This document shows, piece by piece, positions 11,950 through 25,800 of a stretch of 64,000 nucleotides of DNA. The stretch comes from Mobula hypostoma (Eukaryota). The stretch spans positions 85,560,001-85,624,000 of the forward strand of contig NC_086098.1 in assembly GCF_963921235.1 (NCBI RefSeq). Direction: 5' to 3'. The notes beneath the pieces are model-generated. The model saw only the letters and a program-made list of their open reading frames with translations, was not told the origin of the DNA and searched no databases. Both the position numbers and the translations under genes were made by a program. Within the stretch, counting starts at the first letter, position 1. Each line of letters begins with the position of its first letter.

Positions 11950-12340
11950 GCCCTTACTCCCCTTTCTACCATGGCCCTCTCCTCTCATCAGATTTGCCCT
12001 AATTCAGCCCTTTACCTCTTTCATTTATCACCTCCCAGCGACTCACTTATCACCCTGCCCACCCTCTCTCCTGTCACCTGCCAGACTGCACTCCTCCTCA
12101 CTCCATCTTCTTGTCTGCCCACTTCCTTTGCAGTGCTGATGAGGGCTCTTGGCCCAAAACATCTACTGTTTATTTCACTCCATAGGTGCTGTGTGATTGG
12201 CTGAGTTCCTCCAGCATCTTGTGTGTATTGCTCTGTAAGGCGAGACTTAAAGCGGAGAGAAACAAGACGAGCAAACACACACAAGATGCTGGAGAAACTC
12301 AGCATGCTAGGCAGCGTCTGTGGAAGAGTAAACAGTTGAT
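11950..12340. mobile_element. Penelope-like 3' terminus plus a nearby inverted partial terminus
   Basis: Pyrimidine-rich 3' UTR, degenerate hammerhead at 12131-12168, CTGAGTTCCTCCAGCA terminus; inverted copy at ~12270-12340. Confidence 0.7.
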
Positions 12341-12341
12341 A

Positions 12342-13790
12342 GACATAGAACATAGAAATTTACAGCACTTTACAGGCCCTTCGACCCGCAATGTTACGCT
12401 GAACATGCAACCTACTCTAGAGACTGCCTAGAATTTCCCTAGCACATAGCCCTCTATTTTTGTAAGCTTCATGTACCTATCTAAGAGGCTCTTAAAAAAC
12501 CCTAATGTATCCACTTTCACCACTATCACTGGCAGTGCATTCCGCATGCCCATCACTCTCTGTGTGAAAAACTTATCCCTGACATCCCCTCAGTACCAAT
12601 TTCCACGCACCTTAAAACTACGCCCCTTCGTGTTAGCCATTTCAGCCCTGGGAAAATCCCCACGATCAATGCCCCTCATCATCTTATACTCCTCTATCAG
12701 GTAACCTCTCATCGTTCGCCACTCCAAGGAGAAAAGGCCAAGACTCAACCTATTCTCATAAGATATGCCCTCCAGTCCAGGTAACATTCCTATAAATCTC
12801 CTCTGCACTCTCTCTATTATATACACATCCTTCCTGTAGCGAGGTGACCAGAACTGAACACAGTACTCCCAAGAGGGGTCTGACCAAGGTCTCATATAGC
12901 TGTAACATTACCTCACGGCTCTTGAACTCAATCCCACGGTTAATGAATGCCAACACTGCATATGCCTTCTTAACAACACTGCCAACCTGTGCAGCAGCTT
13001 TAAGTGTCCTATCGACACAGACCCCAAGATCTCTCAGATCCTGCACACTGCTAAGAGTCTTACCATTTTCTTCTAAATTATAGTGAATACAGGCCCAGAA
13101 CCATCAAACACTCTTCATATGACAAGCCATACAATTTTGAAATCATTTTCGTGAACCTCCTTTGAACCCTCTCCAGTTTCAGCACATCCTTTCTAAGATA
13201 AGGTGCTCAAACCTGCTCACAATACTCCAAGTGAGGCCTCACCAGTGCTTTATAAAATCTCAACATTACATCCATGCTTTTATATTCTAGTCCTCTTGAA
13301 ATGAATGCTAACATCACATTTGCCTTGCTCACCATAGACTCAATCTGCAAATTAACCTTTAGGGAATCCTGCACAGGACTCTCAAGTCCCCTTGTGCCTT
13401 AGTTTTTTTGTATTTTCTTCCCATTTAGAAAATAGTCAACCCTTTCATTTCTTCCACCAAAGTGCATGACCATACACTTCCCAACACTCTACTCAACCTG
13501 CCATTTCTTTGTCCATTCTCCTAATCTGTCTAAGTCCTTCTGCAGCCTCTCTACTGCCTCAAAACTACCTGCCCCTCCGCCTACTTTCATACCATCTGCA
13601 AACTTTGCAACAAAGCCATCAATTCCATCATCCAAATCATTGACATCTAATGTAAAAAGAATCAGTCCCAACACAGACCCCTGTGTAACACTGCTAATCA
13701 CTGGCATCCAATCGGGAGGCTCCCTTTATTCCCACTCTTTGCCTCCTGCCTGGGGAAAAGATTCTGACTGCCTACCCTGTCTCTGTCGGT
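12342..13790 (-). mobile_element. Two adjacent CR1 LINE fragments
   Basis: EYCVQFWSPRYRKD..IERVQRRF, RDLGV, QGSVLG..LF...NDLD...KFADG. Confidence 0.88.
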
Positions 13791-14559
13791 TATAATTTTA
13801 AAATCCATGAGGTCTGCAGAGAAGTAAGACATAATTTAGAGAAAAGGGTTACATCACCACTGTAGGTAGTGTGTGGCAGATTGTGGAAAATGTAGCCAGG
13901 CAGGGAAGTTTGTTCAGCTGCTCAATCATTTCAAGGCCAAAATGATCTCTAGATGTTCATGGATGGCATGTTGCTTGTTCTCAGGTCGATGTATTTTCCG
14001 AAGGAAATGGTGCAGAATGGACAGGTGATACTGCACTGATCCGTAGAGTCCATGGGATGGTTGCTGGAAGCAATGAATGATCTAGTCTTCTTACACTGTT
14101 AAAGGTAGTTAGACTAAAAAGGCCAAATTATTTAATGACTAGTGTAGTTACTATCAATAAGAATAGCAACTTCATGTGATTCAACTAAGAGGCAAACTGC
14201 CATTTTTACAAAATCACAACTGTGATTTGAACAGTTTACTGTGCATTTGTTCCCTGCCTAAATTTCTCTTAAAAGGACACTTTCATTTGCTTGAAGTTTT
14301 CCACTGATAGAATTTTCCTGAAACTAAATAAAACCATAAGATACGTATAGCATTAGGCCATTTGACCCATTGAGTCTGCCTCACCATTCAACCATGTCTG
14401 ATTTATTATCCCTCTCAACCCTATTCTCCTGCCTTCTCCACATAACCTTTGACGCCTTAACTAATCAAGAACCATCCACCTCTACCTTAAATACAGCCAA
14501 TAACTTGGCCTTCATAGCCGTCTGTGGCAGTGAATTTCACAGATTCACCACCCTCTGGC

Positions 14560-14968
14560 CGATCATGTGGCAGCAGCTCAATGCATAAAACCATGCAGAC
14601 AAGGTCACAAGGTTCAGTTGTTGTTCAAATCAAACATCATAATGGGGAAGAAATGTGATCTAAGTGACTTTTATCGTGGAATTTCTGTTGATTTCAGTGG
14701 GGTGGTTTGAGTATCTCAGAAGCTGCTGATCTCCTGGGAACTTCATGCATAATAGTCTCTAGAGTTTTCAGGGAATGGTGTGAAAAACAAAACATCAAGT
14801 GAGTGGCAGTTCTGTAGGCAAAAAACGTCGTTACTGCGAGAGGTCAGAGGACAAAGGCCAGACTGGTAGGAAGGCAATGCTAACATCAATAACAACAGCG
14901 GTGTGCAGAGAAGTAACTGTGAATGCACAATTAGGTACTGGAGGTGCCTAATAAAGTGGTCACTGAGT
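14560..14968 (+). mobile_element. Tc1/mariner non-autonomous element, 5'-truncated
   Basis: Same family as 9779 and 39232; ends CCTAATAAAGTGGTCACTGAGT. Confidence 0.75.
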
Positions 14969-15009
14969 TTATATTTGGCAGGAGGAGTCATATAATTAAA
15001 GGGATAACG

Positions 15010-17660
15010 ATAAACACAAGAAATTCTGCAGATGCTAGAAATCCAAAGCAACATACACAAAATACTGAATGAACTTGGCAGGTCAGGCAGCAAATGTGAA
15101 ATCGAACTACCAGTCGACATATTGGGTCAAGACCCCTTTTCAGGACTGGAAAGGAGAGGGAAAGATGCCAAGAAAAAAAGTGGAGGGAGGGGAAGGAGGA
15201 GAGCTGGAAGGTGATGTGAAGCCAGGTGGGTGGGAAAAGGAAAAGGCTCAAGATGAAGGAATCTGCTAGGAGAAGAGAGTGGACTGTAGGAGAGTGGGAA
15301 GGAGGAGGGGTACCAGGGGAAGGTGATAGGCAGGCAAGAAGAGGTAGGAGGCCTGAGTGGGAAATAGAAGATGGGAGGAGGAGGGAAAATATTTATTTTT
15401 TTTAACTGGAAGAAGAAATAGTTATTCATGCTATCAGGTTTGAAGTTACCCAGACAGAATACAAGGTGTTGCTCCTCCATCCTGAGGGTTGATATGTCAG
15501 AATGGGAATGGGAATGGGAATCGGAATTAAAATGTTGCACCACCAGGAAGTTCCACTTATGGTGAATGGAGCAGAGATGCTCGACGAAGCAGTCCTCCAA
15601 TTTACGAAGGGTCTCACCAGTGTAGAGGAGGCCGCATTGGAGCACTGGATACGATATGATGGCCCCAACAGCTTGGTAGGTGAAATGTGCCTCACCTAAA
15701 AGGACTGTTTGGGGCCCTAAATGGAGGTGAGGGAGGAAGTGAATGGGCAGGTGTGGCACTTTGGCTGCTTGTAGGGTTAAGTGCTGGGAGGCAGGTTAGT
15801 GTGGAGGGATGAATGGACAAGGGAAACACGGAGGGAGCACAAAGTGGAGGGGGATGGGTGAAGATAAAGTTATGTTTAGTGGTAGGATCCCATTGGAGAT
15901 GGCAGAAGTTTCTGAGATTGATGTGTTGGATGTGGAGGTTGATGGGGTGGTAGGTGAGGACAAAAGGAACTCTTTCACTGCTAAAGTGGTGGGAAGATGG
16001 GGTGAGTGCAGATGTCTGGGAAATGGAGGAGATGCAGGTGAAATCAAGGTCAAAGATGGAGGAAGGGAAACTCCCTTCTTCAAAGGAGGCGGACATCTCT
16101 GACGTCTTAGAAAGCTCATCCTGGGAGAAGATGCAGTGGAGATGAAGGAACTGAGAAAAGGGAACAGCATTTTTACAGGAGATAGGGTGGGAATAGGTAT
16201 AGTCAAGATAGCCGTGGGAATCTGTATGTTTATAAAAGATGATAGTCGACAGTTTGTCTCTAGAGATGGAGACAGACAGATTCAGAAAGTGGAGGGAGGT
16301 GTCAGAAATGGACCAAGTGAATTTAAGGGCAGGGTGGAAGTTAATATAATTAGAGAGCTTAGAATGGGTGCGTGAAGCCATAGTCATAGTCATAGTCATA
16401 CTTTATTGATCCTGGGGCAAATTGGTTTTCGTTACAGTTGCACCATAAATAATAAATAGTAATAAAACCATAAATAGTTAAATAGTAATATGTAAATTAT
16501 GCCAGTAAATTATGAAATAAGTCCAGGACCAGCCTATTGGCTCAGGGTGTCTGACCCCCAGGGGAGCAGTTGTAAAGTTTGATGGCCACAGGCAGGAATG
16601 ACTTCCTATGACACTCTGTGTTGCATCTCGGTGGAATGAGTCTCTGGCTGAATGTACTCCTGTGCCCAACCAGTACATTATATAGTGGATGGGAGACATT
16701 GACCAAGATAGCATGCAACTTAAGACAGCATCCTCTTTTCAGACACCACCGTCAGAGAGTCCAGTTCCATCCCCACAACATCACTGGCCTTACGAATGAG
16801 TTTGTTGATCCTGTTGGTGTCTGCTACCCTCAGCCTGCTGCCCCAGCACACAACAGCAAACATGATTGCACTGGCCACCACAGACTGGTAGAACATCCTC
16901 AGCATCATCTAGCAGATGTTAAAGCAGCGCCAATGCAGTCATCAAGTAGCGAGGAAGAGTTGGGGAGCATTATGGGGGACTGTTCTACGTAGCCAAAGAA
17001 AAGTCAGGCATAGCTGGGGCCCAAGGCTACCCCTAGAGTCTGGAGAAAGTGGGAGGAGCCAAGGAGAAATGTTTGAGGGCGAGGACCAGTTCTGCCTGAC
17101 AGAGAAGGGTGGTGGTGGAGGGGAACTGGTTGGTTCTTTTATTGAGAAAAAATAGAAGAGCTTCAAGGCCTTCTTGATAGAGTATAGAAGTGTACATGGA
17201 CTGGGCATCCATGGTGCAAATGAGAGAGTCAGGGCCAGGGAACTGAGAGTTAGTGAGGAGATTGAGAGCATGAGAAGGGTTGTGGACGTAGGTGGGAAGA
17301 GGATACAATGGAGTCAGGGTATGAGGACACGTGTTCAGTGGGGCAGGAGCAGACAGAGACAGTGGACCTACCTAGACAGTCAGGTTTGTGGATCTTGGGT
17401 AGGAGGTAGAAGTGAGCAGAGCGGGGCAAAGGAACCATGAGTTTGACGGCAGTGGTTGGGAGTTCTCTAGAGTGGATGAGGTCAGTGATGGTGTTGGAGA
17501 CAGTTTTTCTGCTGGTCCAGAGTGGGGTCCTCTTCAAGGAGTAGGGAAGAAGAGGTGTCTGAGAGTTGTCACCTAGCCTCAGCAAGGTAGAGGTCAGTGT
17601 GCCACACAGTAACAGCACCCCCTTTGTCTACAGGTTTGGTGGTAAGGTTTGGATTGGTGC
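15010..17660 (-). mobile_element. Penelope-like element remnant (RT + GIY-YIG + terminus), interrupted by a Rex insertion
   Basis: FYLLPKIHKPDCLGR, TMDAQSMYTSI, NFHPALKFTWSIS, TDSHGYLDY..SHP, CGLLYTGET, MEEQHLVFCLG; terminus at 15010-15150. Confidence 0.87.
16378..16920 (-). mobile_element. Rex/Babar-type LINE 3' fragment with (TGACTA)n tail
   Basis: MFYQSVVASAIMFAVVCWG...NKLIRKAS; tail TAGTCA x3 on the plus strand. Confidence 0.8.
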
Positions 17661-18109
17661 AGAGAGGATAAAGGGATAACTATGCAGGTTTCCTCTCGAC
17701 TAAAAAGCAAGTGTACTGGTAGATAAAATAAGAATAATATTAAAGATGCCATGAGCTTGGGCCAGGAATATAAGAGGGTTCAGGGGTGGGGCAGGGGGGA
17801 ACCAGGGAGTTGACCAGAGCCCTCCTGTAGCAGCACATTCAGGGATGGGCATCACTTTGGGAAATATAGACTGGACTTAAAGGAAAACAGACCCGAATGA
17901 TGGTGGGGCTAAAAAGATAGACTCGTATTCCTGATTATTTAGAAGACTCTGAATAATCTAGCTGTTGCTTCTGAAAGAATGAAGGGACTCAATAAGGAAG
18001 AGGAAAACTATTTCATTGGTGGTAAAGGAAGTCCTGAATAATGGAGTGTGAACGTTGAACCAGGAGGCTGTTTAGGTGCAACATCATAAAACGTGGCTTC
18101 TCACAAATG

Positions 18110-18300
18110 GTACCACAGTAGTGCAGCTCCAGCAACTATGGTACTATCCCCACCTCTTGAGTTGCGTATGTGGAGTTTGCATGTTCTCCCTGTGACCTTG
18201 TGGCTTTCTTCCAGGTGCCCTGGTTTCCTCCCACATCCCAGGCAATGCAAAGTTTAACTGGCAACTGTAAATTGCTGCAGGTGGCCGGGAAAAATCGGGA
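18110..18300 (+). repeat. V-SINE
   Basis: V-domain-like TGTGGAGTTTGCATGTTCTCCC...GGTTTCCTCCCACATCC. Confidence 0.75.
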
Positions 18301-18879
18301 CATTAATCAGCATTTGGAAATAATTAAGTTATAAGGAAACAAATGTAGAAATGGGATTGGTGACATTGCCTTGAGAGCCGCATTAACTCAATGGGCCAAG
18401 TGGCCTTCTCTATGCCATAAAGTAATATCAAATTGTGGAATTCAAGAACTCTGAACTCCAAAAGACTCCCTTTGCTGGGAGTCAGTTTGGGCCTTCAGAA
18501 TGGAGACCAGTGGGTTTTTGTTGGCTGTAGGGCTATTGAAACAAAACTTCCACCCCATCTTAAAAGTTTCTGCCCCCAGGCAGTTATTCTGATCAACCAT
18601 TTTAGTTAGCCCCACTCCCCGCTATTTATTATCTCACATCACCGCACTGCACTGTAACGGTTTACATTATAAATGCATGCTGAGGTTTATGTATATCCAT
18701 ATCCATACATTAGCCTCTAACTTTATATTTGATATAATTCTTTACTCTTTATAATCATCGAATGTTAATTTTGTTGCATGTTGTGCCAACACACCACAGG
18801 AAATTCCGAATACGTGTCAATATGTATGGCAAATAAAGTTGACAGATAGTACTGAGATCTCGACTAGCCACGTTTGAAT

Positions 18880-20155
18880 ATCAAAGTTCAAAGTAAATTT
18901 ATTATCAAAGTATGTCACCATATACTAACCTGAGCTTCATTTTCTTGCAGATATTCACAGCAGAACAAAGAAATACTATACAATCGATGAAAAACTACAA
19001 AGGCTGACAAACAATGACAAAAGACAAACTATGCAAATACAAATAAACTAAATAATACTGAGAATGAGTTGGAGAGTCTCTGAAAGTAAGTCAATAGGTT
19101 GTGGTGAGTGAAGTTATCCACACTGGCTCCTGTACCTCCTTCCTGATGGCAGCAGTGAGAAGAGAGCATGGTGGGGGCCCTTGATGATGGATGCTGCTTT
19201 CTTGTGGCAGAGCTCCTTGTAGATGAGCTCAATGGTGGGGAGGGTTATTCATGTGATGGGCTGTAGCCACTACTTTTTGTAGGCTTTTCCATTTTTCAGT
19301 ATTGGTATTCCTATACCAGACAGTAATGCAACCAGTCTCCACTCTGCACCTCTAAAAGTTTGTCAAAGTCTTAGATGACATATTGAATCTGTGCAATCTT
19401 CTAAGAAAGTAGAGGTGCTGCTGCACCTTCTTTGTAATTGTACTTACGAGCTGGTCGCAGGACAGATTCTCTGAAATGAAAACACCAAGGAATTTGAAGT
19501 TACTTACCCTCTTCACCTCCATTGGTCTAATGAGGTCTGTGGAGATTCGACACAACATCAAAAACTTTGACAAACTTCTATTGATGTGCAGTGGAGAGCG
19601 CATTGACTGGCTGCGTCACAGCCTGGTATGGAAACACTAATGTCTTTGAACGGAAAATCCTACAAAAAGTAGATTTGGCTCAGTTCATAACAGGTAAAGC
19701 CCTCTCAACCATTGAGCACATCTACATGAAATGCACTTGTATGAGCATCCATCATCAGAGATCCTCAGCACCCAGGCCATACTCTTTTCTCGCAGCTGCC
19801 ATTGGGTAGAGGATACACAAGCCTCAGGACCTGCATCACAAGGTTCAAGGACAAATAGTACTCTCCAACCATCAGGCTCTTGAACAGAAGAGGGTAACTA
19901 CATCCACTTGCCCATCCATCCATTGAGATGTTTCCCCAACCAATGATCTCACTTTAATCTTGTTATTTCATGCTCGTCATTTATTGCTATTTATTTGCGA
20001 TGCATTTGCAGTTTGTTGTTTTCTGCTCTCTGCTTGATCTTTCATTGATCCTGTTATGGTTACTATTCTATAGATTTGTTGAGTATGCCCGCAGGAAAAT
20101 GAATCTCAGGGTTGTATATGGTGACATATATGTACTCTGATAATAACATTTAATT
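18880..20155. mobile_element. Two oppositely oriented Rex-type LINE 3' fragments (18880-19520 minus; 19545-20155 plus)
   Basis: FKFLGV..SENLS...QHLYFLRRL; ESALTGCVTAWYGN; 3' tails with GATAATAAA. Confidence 0.75.
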
Positions 20156-20829
20156 TGAGGACTGGCTTGTGGGCCTCTGGTTTCCCCCTCCTATAGTGAA
20201 CAATTAACTCGTTGGTAGTAGATGGAGGTGAGATCTGGAATATCAGTGCAGGCAAGAAGGGCCTTTGATTGAGGCTATGTTTTTGTATGTTGGCAGTTAC
20301 AGTCAGTGTAATAATTGGATAATAAAGGAAAATTATCCCATATAAAATTGAAGTTTGGGATGCATTCTACTGGAGGAATTCTGCCAATTACTTTGCAAAC
20401 TCTGAAGGCAGCACTGCACAACATTCCTAAACCGTTAGGTCATGAACATGGCCAGTTTGTAGGCTCGAGCTGCTCAGTGAAGGAACCTACTGAGTCATCA
20501 AGTTAAACAAGCCATAAATAAGTATGTTCAAACTAGGCCCAGCCATTAACTCACAGTCATACTGCATGGAAACAGACTGTTCGACCCATCTGATCCATGC
20601 TAATTAAGATTCCAAAAGTTGTCCCTTAGATTCCTATTAAATATCTCTTTTACCTTAAACCCGTGCCCTCTGGTTCTTGACTCCTTAGCTCTGAGCAAAA
20701 GACTGCACATTCATCCTGTGATTAAATTCCCCCAAATTAATAGCAAGTTTTTGTATCTTGCCAAAAAAATCAGTAAGATCAATGTCTCAGATCTATTGAG
20801 CACGTATCAGGAGAACAACTGTTTAATGC

Positions 20830-21047
20830 TATTACAGCACCAGTGACCTGGGCTCAATTCCACCGCTATCTGAAAGGAGTTTCTATGTTTTCCCATAACT
20901 TCATTGGTTTCCTCTGGGTGCTCCGGTTTCCTCCCACATTCCAAAGACATACGGGTTACTGGGTTAATTGGTTATATGAGTGTAATTGTGCAACGTGGGC
21001 TCGTTGAGCCAGAAGGGCCTGTTACTATGCTGTCTCTCTAAATAAAT
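20830..21047 (+). repeat. V-SINE with TAAA tail
   Basis: GGGTGCTCCGGTTTCCTCCCACATTCCAAAGAC core. Confidence 0.75.
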
Positions 21048-21149
21048 AAACCACTTACTTTTCTAACCTGAATCATTTGTACTCTGCAAGGCATCAATTC
21101 TTCAACACTAAGAAACAAAAACAGACTTGAGACCTGAAGATGTCCAAAA

Positions 21150-21450
21150 GTGTTCAGCAAACCAATCAAGCACTTCTGAAATGTATTTGCTTCAGTAATG
21201 TAGGAAAAATGGCAGCCAACTGTCAGGCAGCAAGACCCAACAACAGCAATGTAAAAATAACCAGATAATCTATTATAACAATGTTGATTAAGGGACATAT
21301 TTTGGTTAGGACACAAAGGAAAATTCCATTGCTCCTTGAAATAACTTCCACGGGCTCTTTTATGTCCACTTTGGTTTATTGTTTCATTCAAAAGGTGGCA
21401 CCTCTTACAGCACGGCCCATTCTCAACCGTACACTCTGAACTGAGGAAGA
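21150..21450 (-). repeat. Deu-domain SINE relic (related copies near 51030-51310, 59895-60000, 63810-64000)
   Basis: GGACAC...GGG(C/A)TCTTTTA(T/C)GTCCAC...GGTTTA..GT.TCAT.C.AAAG..GGCACCTC..ACAG pattern. Confidence 0.6.
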
Positions 21451-21639
21451 CACAAATCAGAACCATGAGCAAATCCCTCAGACTCTTCAGTCTGTTGTGC
21501 CATTCAGCAAGATCATGGGTGATTTAGTTGTAACCACAACTCCACAGTTTCATCTTTCAGCCCCTTGCTTACCAAGGAAGGTTTTGTTTAATTCAGAAAC
21601 CATTTTTAAAACACGACAATATCTCTGGCAGGTTAATGA

Positions 21640-22047
21640 GAATTACCACCGTCTGGGCTCCCTCCTCACTGCTACCATCGGACAGGATATACAGGACTCT
21701 TGGATCCCATACCACAAGGTTTGGGAGCAGTTGTTGCCCTGCAACCATCAGCCGTTTGAACCAGCATGGATAACTTCACCCAACTCAACCCTGAAATGAT
21801 TCTACAACCTACAGACTCACTTACTCACTTTCAAGGACTCTACAACTCATGTTCTCAGTGTTTTTTTTTAAATTGCATAATTTGTCGTCTTTTGCATATT
21901 GTTTTTGTCAGTCTTCGTTTATGTATAGTTTTTCATAAATTCTACTGAATTTCTTTATTTTCCTGTAAATCCCAGCAAGGAATGAACCTCAAGATAGTTT
22001 ATTGTGACATATACATACTTTGATAATAAATTTACTTTGACTTTGAA
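21640..22047 (+). mobile_element. Rex-type LINE 3' end
   Basis: Ends TTTGATAATAAATTTACTTTGACTTTGA; similar to 1400-1620. Confidence 0.7.
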
Positions 22048-22239
22048 TTTTGATAGTAGAATAAAAAGAAATAACAATCTTATACAGTATTTCCATTGTA
22101 CCTTTCACAACTTTAGTGCTTTATAGTCATTATGTTATTTTTTGGATTATTTGTTGTAAAAAGGAAAAACAAAAATCATTACATCATTATTATTCAGTTT
22201 CAGGAAAAGGATTGAAAAGATGAGAAGGAAAAAAAAGCA

Positions 22240-22245
22240 TTTATT
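22240..22245 (-). terminator. Candidate GPATCH11 polyadenylation signal (AATAAA)
   Basis: AATAAA on the minus strand about 600 nt after the stop codon, followed by T-rich sequence. Confidence 0.4.
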
Positions 22246-22839
22246 CATAAAACTTAAATAAACACATTTTATGGCAAAATAACAGTAGGGAATACACGGC
22301 CTCAAAACCTGCACTGGAGTAAAAATACAAATGAACACATATTACAACATCAATCTCATATCCAGATCATGTCTAATACTCACTGAGTGTTACTTTTTAA
22401 TAATGAAGATAAACACAGTTTGCTGATCAGGAATTTGAAATTAATTACTCACAATCTGTCTCCGAATGACTTTCAGGTTAAGTTTGATGAATGTTATAAT
22501 TACTACATCCAAACCTCTCACTGTGAATCATCCACAAGCAAATCACACTACCTGCTGTGGATCAATAAACACATTAAAATATTTAAAAAGGAAAGAAATA
22601 GGTACAGTTGCCCGCTGGTCATGAAACTTGGGAAAGTGGGAGACAGCTGAGTTTCAGCGGAATTAGCACAGTTTATCTTTCAGCAACTTTCTTTTAAAGC
22701 GGAAGGTAGAATTGGCTCCAAATGCACTAATCCTCAGAGCTGTAATGACCTGTGTGCTTTGTGAGGTTGCATTCAGAAATTGCTTCATTCCAGCTTCGGT
22801 ACAGCGTGCAAGTCCTACCATTAGCATTCTGAGCTGCAG

Positions 22840-22895
22840 TCAGCAGTGGTCAGCAGCACAATTTCCAGGGCAGTTATTGCACAGGTCCTCCTCAT
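22840..22895 (-). CDS. GPATCH11: GPATCH11 terminal coding exon
   Basis: ttccag|AT GAG GAG GAC CTG TGC...CAC TGC TGA = (D)EEDLCNNCPGNCAADHC*. Confidence 0.93.
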
Positions 22896-25800
22896 CTGGA
22901 ATTCAAAATCAAGAACATCATTTATCAGAACAAGAAAAAAGGGGTATCTATTTCTACAGGATCTTCACAATCTAAAGAGCGCTTTGCAGTCTTTAAATCT
23001 TTTTATTGAATAAGTATACAAAAAGGTAAGCCATATAGACACTAATACACTGTTAGAATATAATAAAATTACAGAAGATATTAATACAAAAAAAAATACT
23101 ACAATGCAATTTAAACATAACATACCAAGGTAACATAATAGTATACTAATTTTTATATATATATCAATAGAGAAAAGGAAAAAAAAAAACCCCAAAAAAA
23201 CCCCACCGTGCAACTAACTAAAAGCAAAGCAAAGCAATGGGCTAACTTGAAACCAAACAGAGTTAAACTTAAAATCACGTCCTCAATCCCGACCTCCATT
23301 AAAAACAGTAAAAAAAACACCAAGGGTATATATTACATCAAATGAAAATATTGAATAAAAGATCTCCAAGTCTGTTCAAATTTAAATGAGGAGTCATAAA
23401 GATTGCTTCTAATTTTCTCCAAATTCAAGCATAATATCATCTGAGAAAACCAAAAAAAGGTAGTTGGAGCATTAAGCTCTTTCCAATGTTGTAAGATACA
23501 TCTTTTCGCCATTAAAGTAAGAAATGCAATCATTCTATGGGCTGAAGGGGAAAGATTACTGGAAATTTTAGGTAGTCCAAAGATAGCAGTAATAGGGTGA
23601 GGAGAGATATCTATATTCAATACCTTGGAGATAATATTAAAAATGTCTCTCCAAAAAGTTTCCAAAGTAGGGCAAGACCAAAACATATGAGTTAAAGAGG
23701 CTATCTGCCCCAGACATCTATCACAAAAAGGATTAATATGAGAATAAAAGCGCGCTAACTTATCTTTGGACATATGTGCTCTATGAACAACTTTAAATTG
23801 AATTAGGGAATGTTTAGCACAGATAGAGGAAGTATTGACTAATTGTAAAATATGCCCCCAGTCATCCACGGAAATGGTAAACCCCAATTCCTGTTCCCAA
23901 TCTACCCTAATCTTATCAAATGGAGCTTTCCTAAGTTTCATAATAATATTATAAATCATAGCCGATGCACTTTTCTGACATGGATTAAGGTTAATTATAG
24001 TATCTAAAATGTATGTAGGAGGAAGCATTGGAAAGGAAGAAAGTATAGTACTTAGGAAATTTCTAACTTGTAGATATCTAAAAAAATGTATTCTTGATAA
24101 GTTATATTTATTAGATAATTGTTCAAAAGACATAAGGGAACCATCTAAAAATAAATCCAAAAACCGTGAAATACCCTTAGTCTTCCAAATTTGAAAAGCA
24201 CGATCCGTAAAAGGGGGAGGAAAAAATATGTTACCTAAAATAGGAATCGCTAACCCAAATTGATTAAGATCAAAAAATTTTCTGAATTGAAACCAAATAC
24301 GTAAGGTATATTTAACTATCGGATTAGACACCTGTTTAAGGCGTTTCAAATCAAAAGGAAGAGAGGAACCTAAAATAGAGCCAAGTGTAAAACCCTGAAC
24401 AGATTGTAATTCCAATGCAACCCACTTAGGAATGGATAGTAACCAGAATTTCACATGTCGACTATTAATTGCCAATAATAAAATCTAAAGTTAGGTAATG
24501 CTAAACCTCCATCTCTCTTAGCTTTCTGTAAATGTATTTTACCCAGTCTCGGGTTTTTATTCTGCCAAATAAATGAAGAAATTTTAGAGTCAACTTTGTC
24601 AAAAAAAGATTTTGGAACAAAGATTGGTAATGCCTGAAATATATATAAAAATTTTGGCCAAAAAAACATCTTAACTGCATTAATACGACCAATCAAAGTT
24701 AAATATAAAGGAAACCATTTAGATGAAAGTTGAATAATATGGTCTATTAATGGTAAAAAGTTAGTCTTAAATAAATCTTTGTATTTACAAGTAATTTTAA
24801 TCCCAAGATATGAAAAATAATTATTAATCAATTTAAATGGAAATTTATAATATAAGGGAAGTTGTTTATTAATCGGAAAGAGTTCACTCTTACTAAGATT
24901 TAATTTATAACCTGAAAAAAGACCAAATTGTGCTAATAGCTCTAGAACAGCCGGGATGAATTTTTGAGGATTAGAAATATATAAAAGTAAATCATCAGCA
25001 TAGAGTGATATTTTATGGGACTTTAAGCCCCGAGTTATCCCAGTAATATTTGGAGATTCTCGAATGGCAATTGCAAGAGGTTCTAATGCAATATCAAATA
25101 ATAAGGGACTAAGAGGACAACCTTGTCGAGTACCTCGAAAAAGAGGGAAAAAAGGTGAACTTAAAAAGTTAGTACGGACTGAGGCCACAGGAGAATGATA
25201 TAACAGTTTAATCCAGGATATAAATTTTGAGCTAAAATTAAATATTTCAAGCACCTTAAATAAATAAGGCCATTCTACTCTATCAAAAGCTTTCTCAGCA
25301 TCTAAAGAGCTAACACACTCAGAAACATTTTGTGAGGGAGTATAAACAATATTTAACAGTGTGCGAATATTATAAAAAGAGTAACGACCTTTAATAAAAC
25401 CCGTTTGGTCTTCCGAAATAATAGAAGGAAGTACTTTTTCTAATCTATTTGCTAATAACTTAGAAAAAACTTTAGAATCAACATTTAATAAAGATATTGG
25501 CCTATAAGATGCACATTGAGCAGGATCTTTATCCTTCTTTAATATTAGAGAAATTGACGCTCTATTGAAAGATTCAGGAAGTTTACCAAGTTTTAATGAA
25601 GCCTCAAAAACCCTACAGAGCCAAGGGATTAATGAAGGAGCAAAACATTTATAAAATTCTACGGTAAACCCATCAGGGCCAGGAGCTTTCCCCAAATTCA
25701 TAGAGAAAATAACATTCTTAATCTCATCCATGGTAATGGGAGTATCTAACATAGAAGACATATCCTGTGAAACCTCAGGGAAGTCTAAATTATCTAAAAA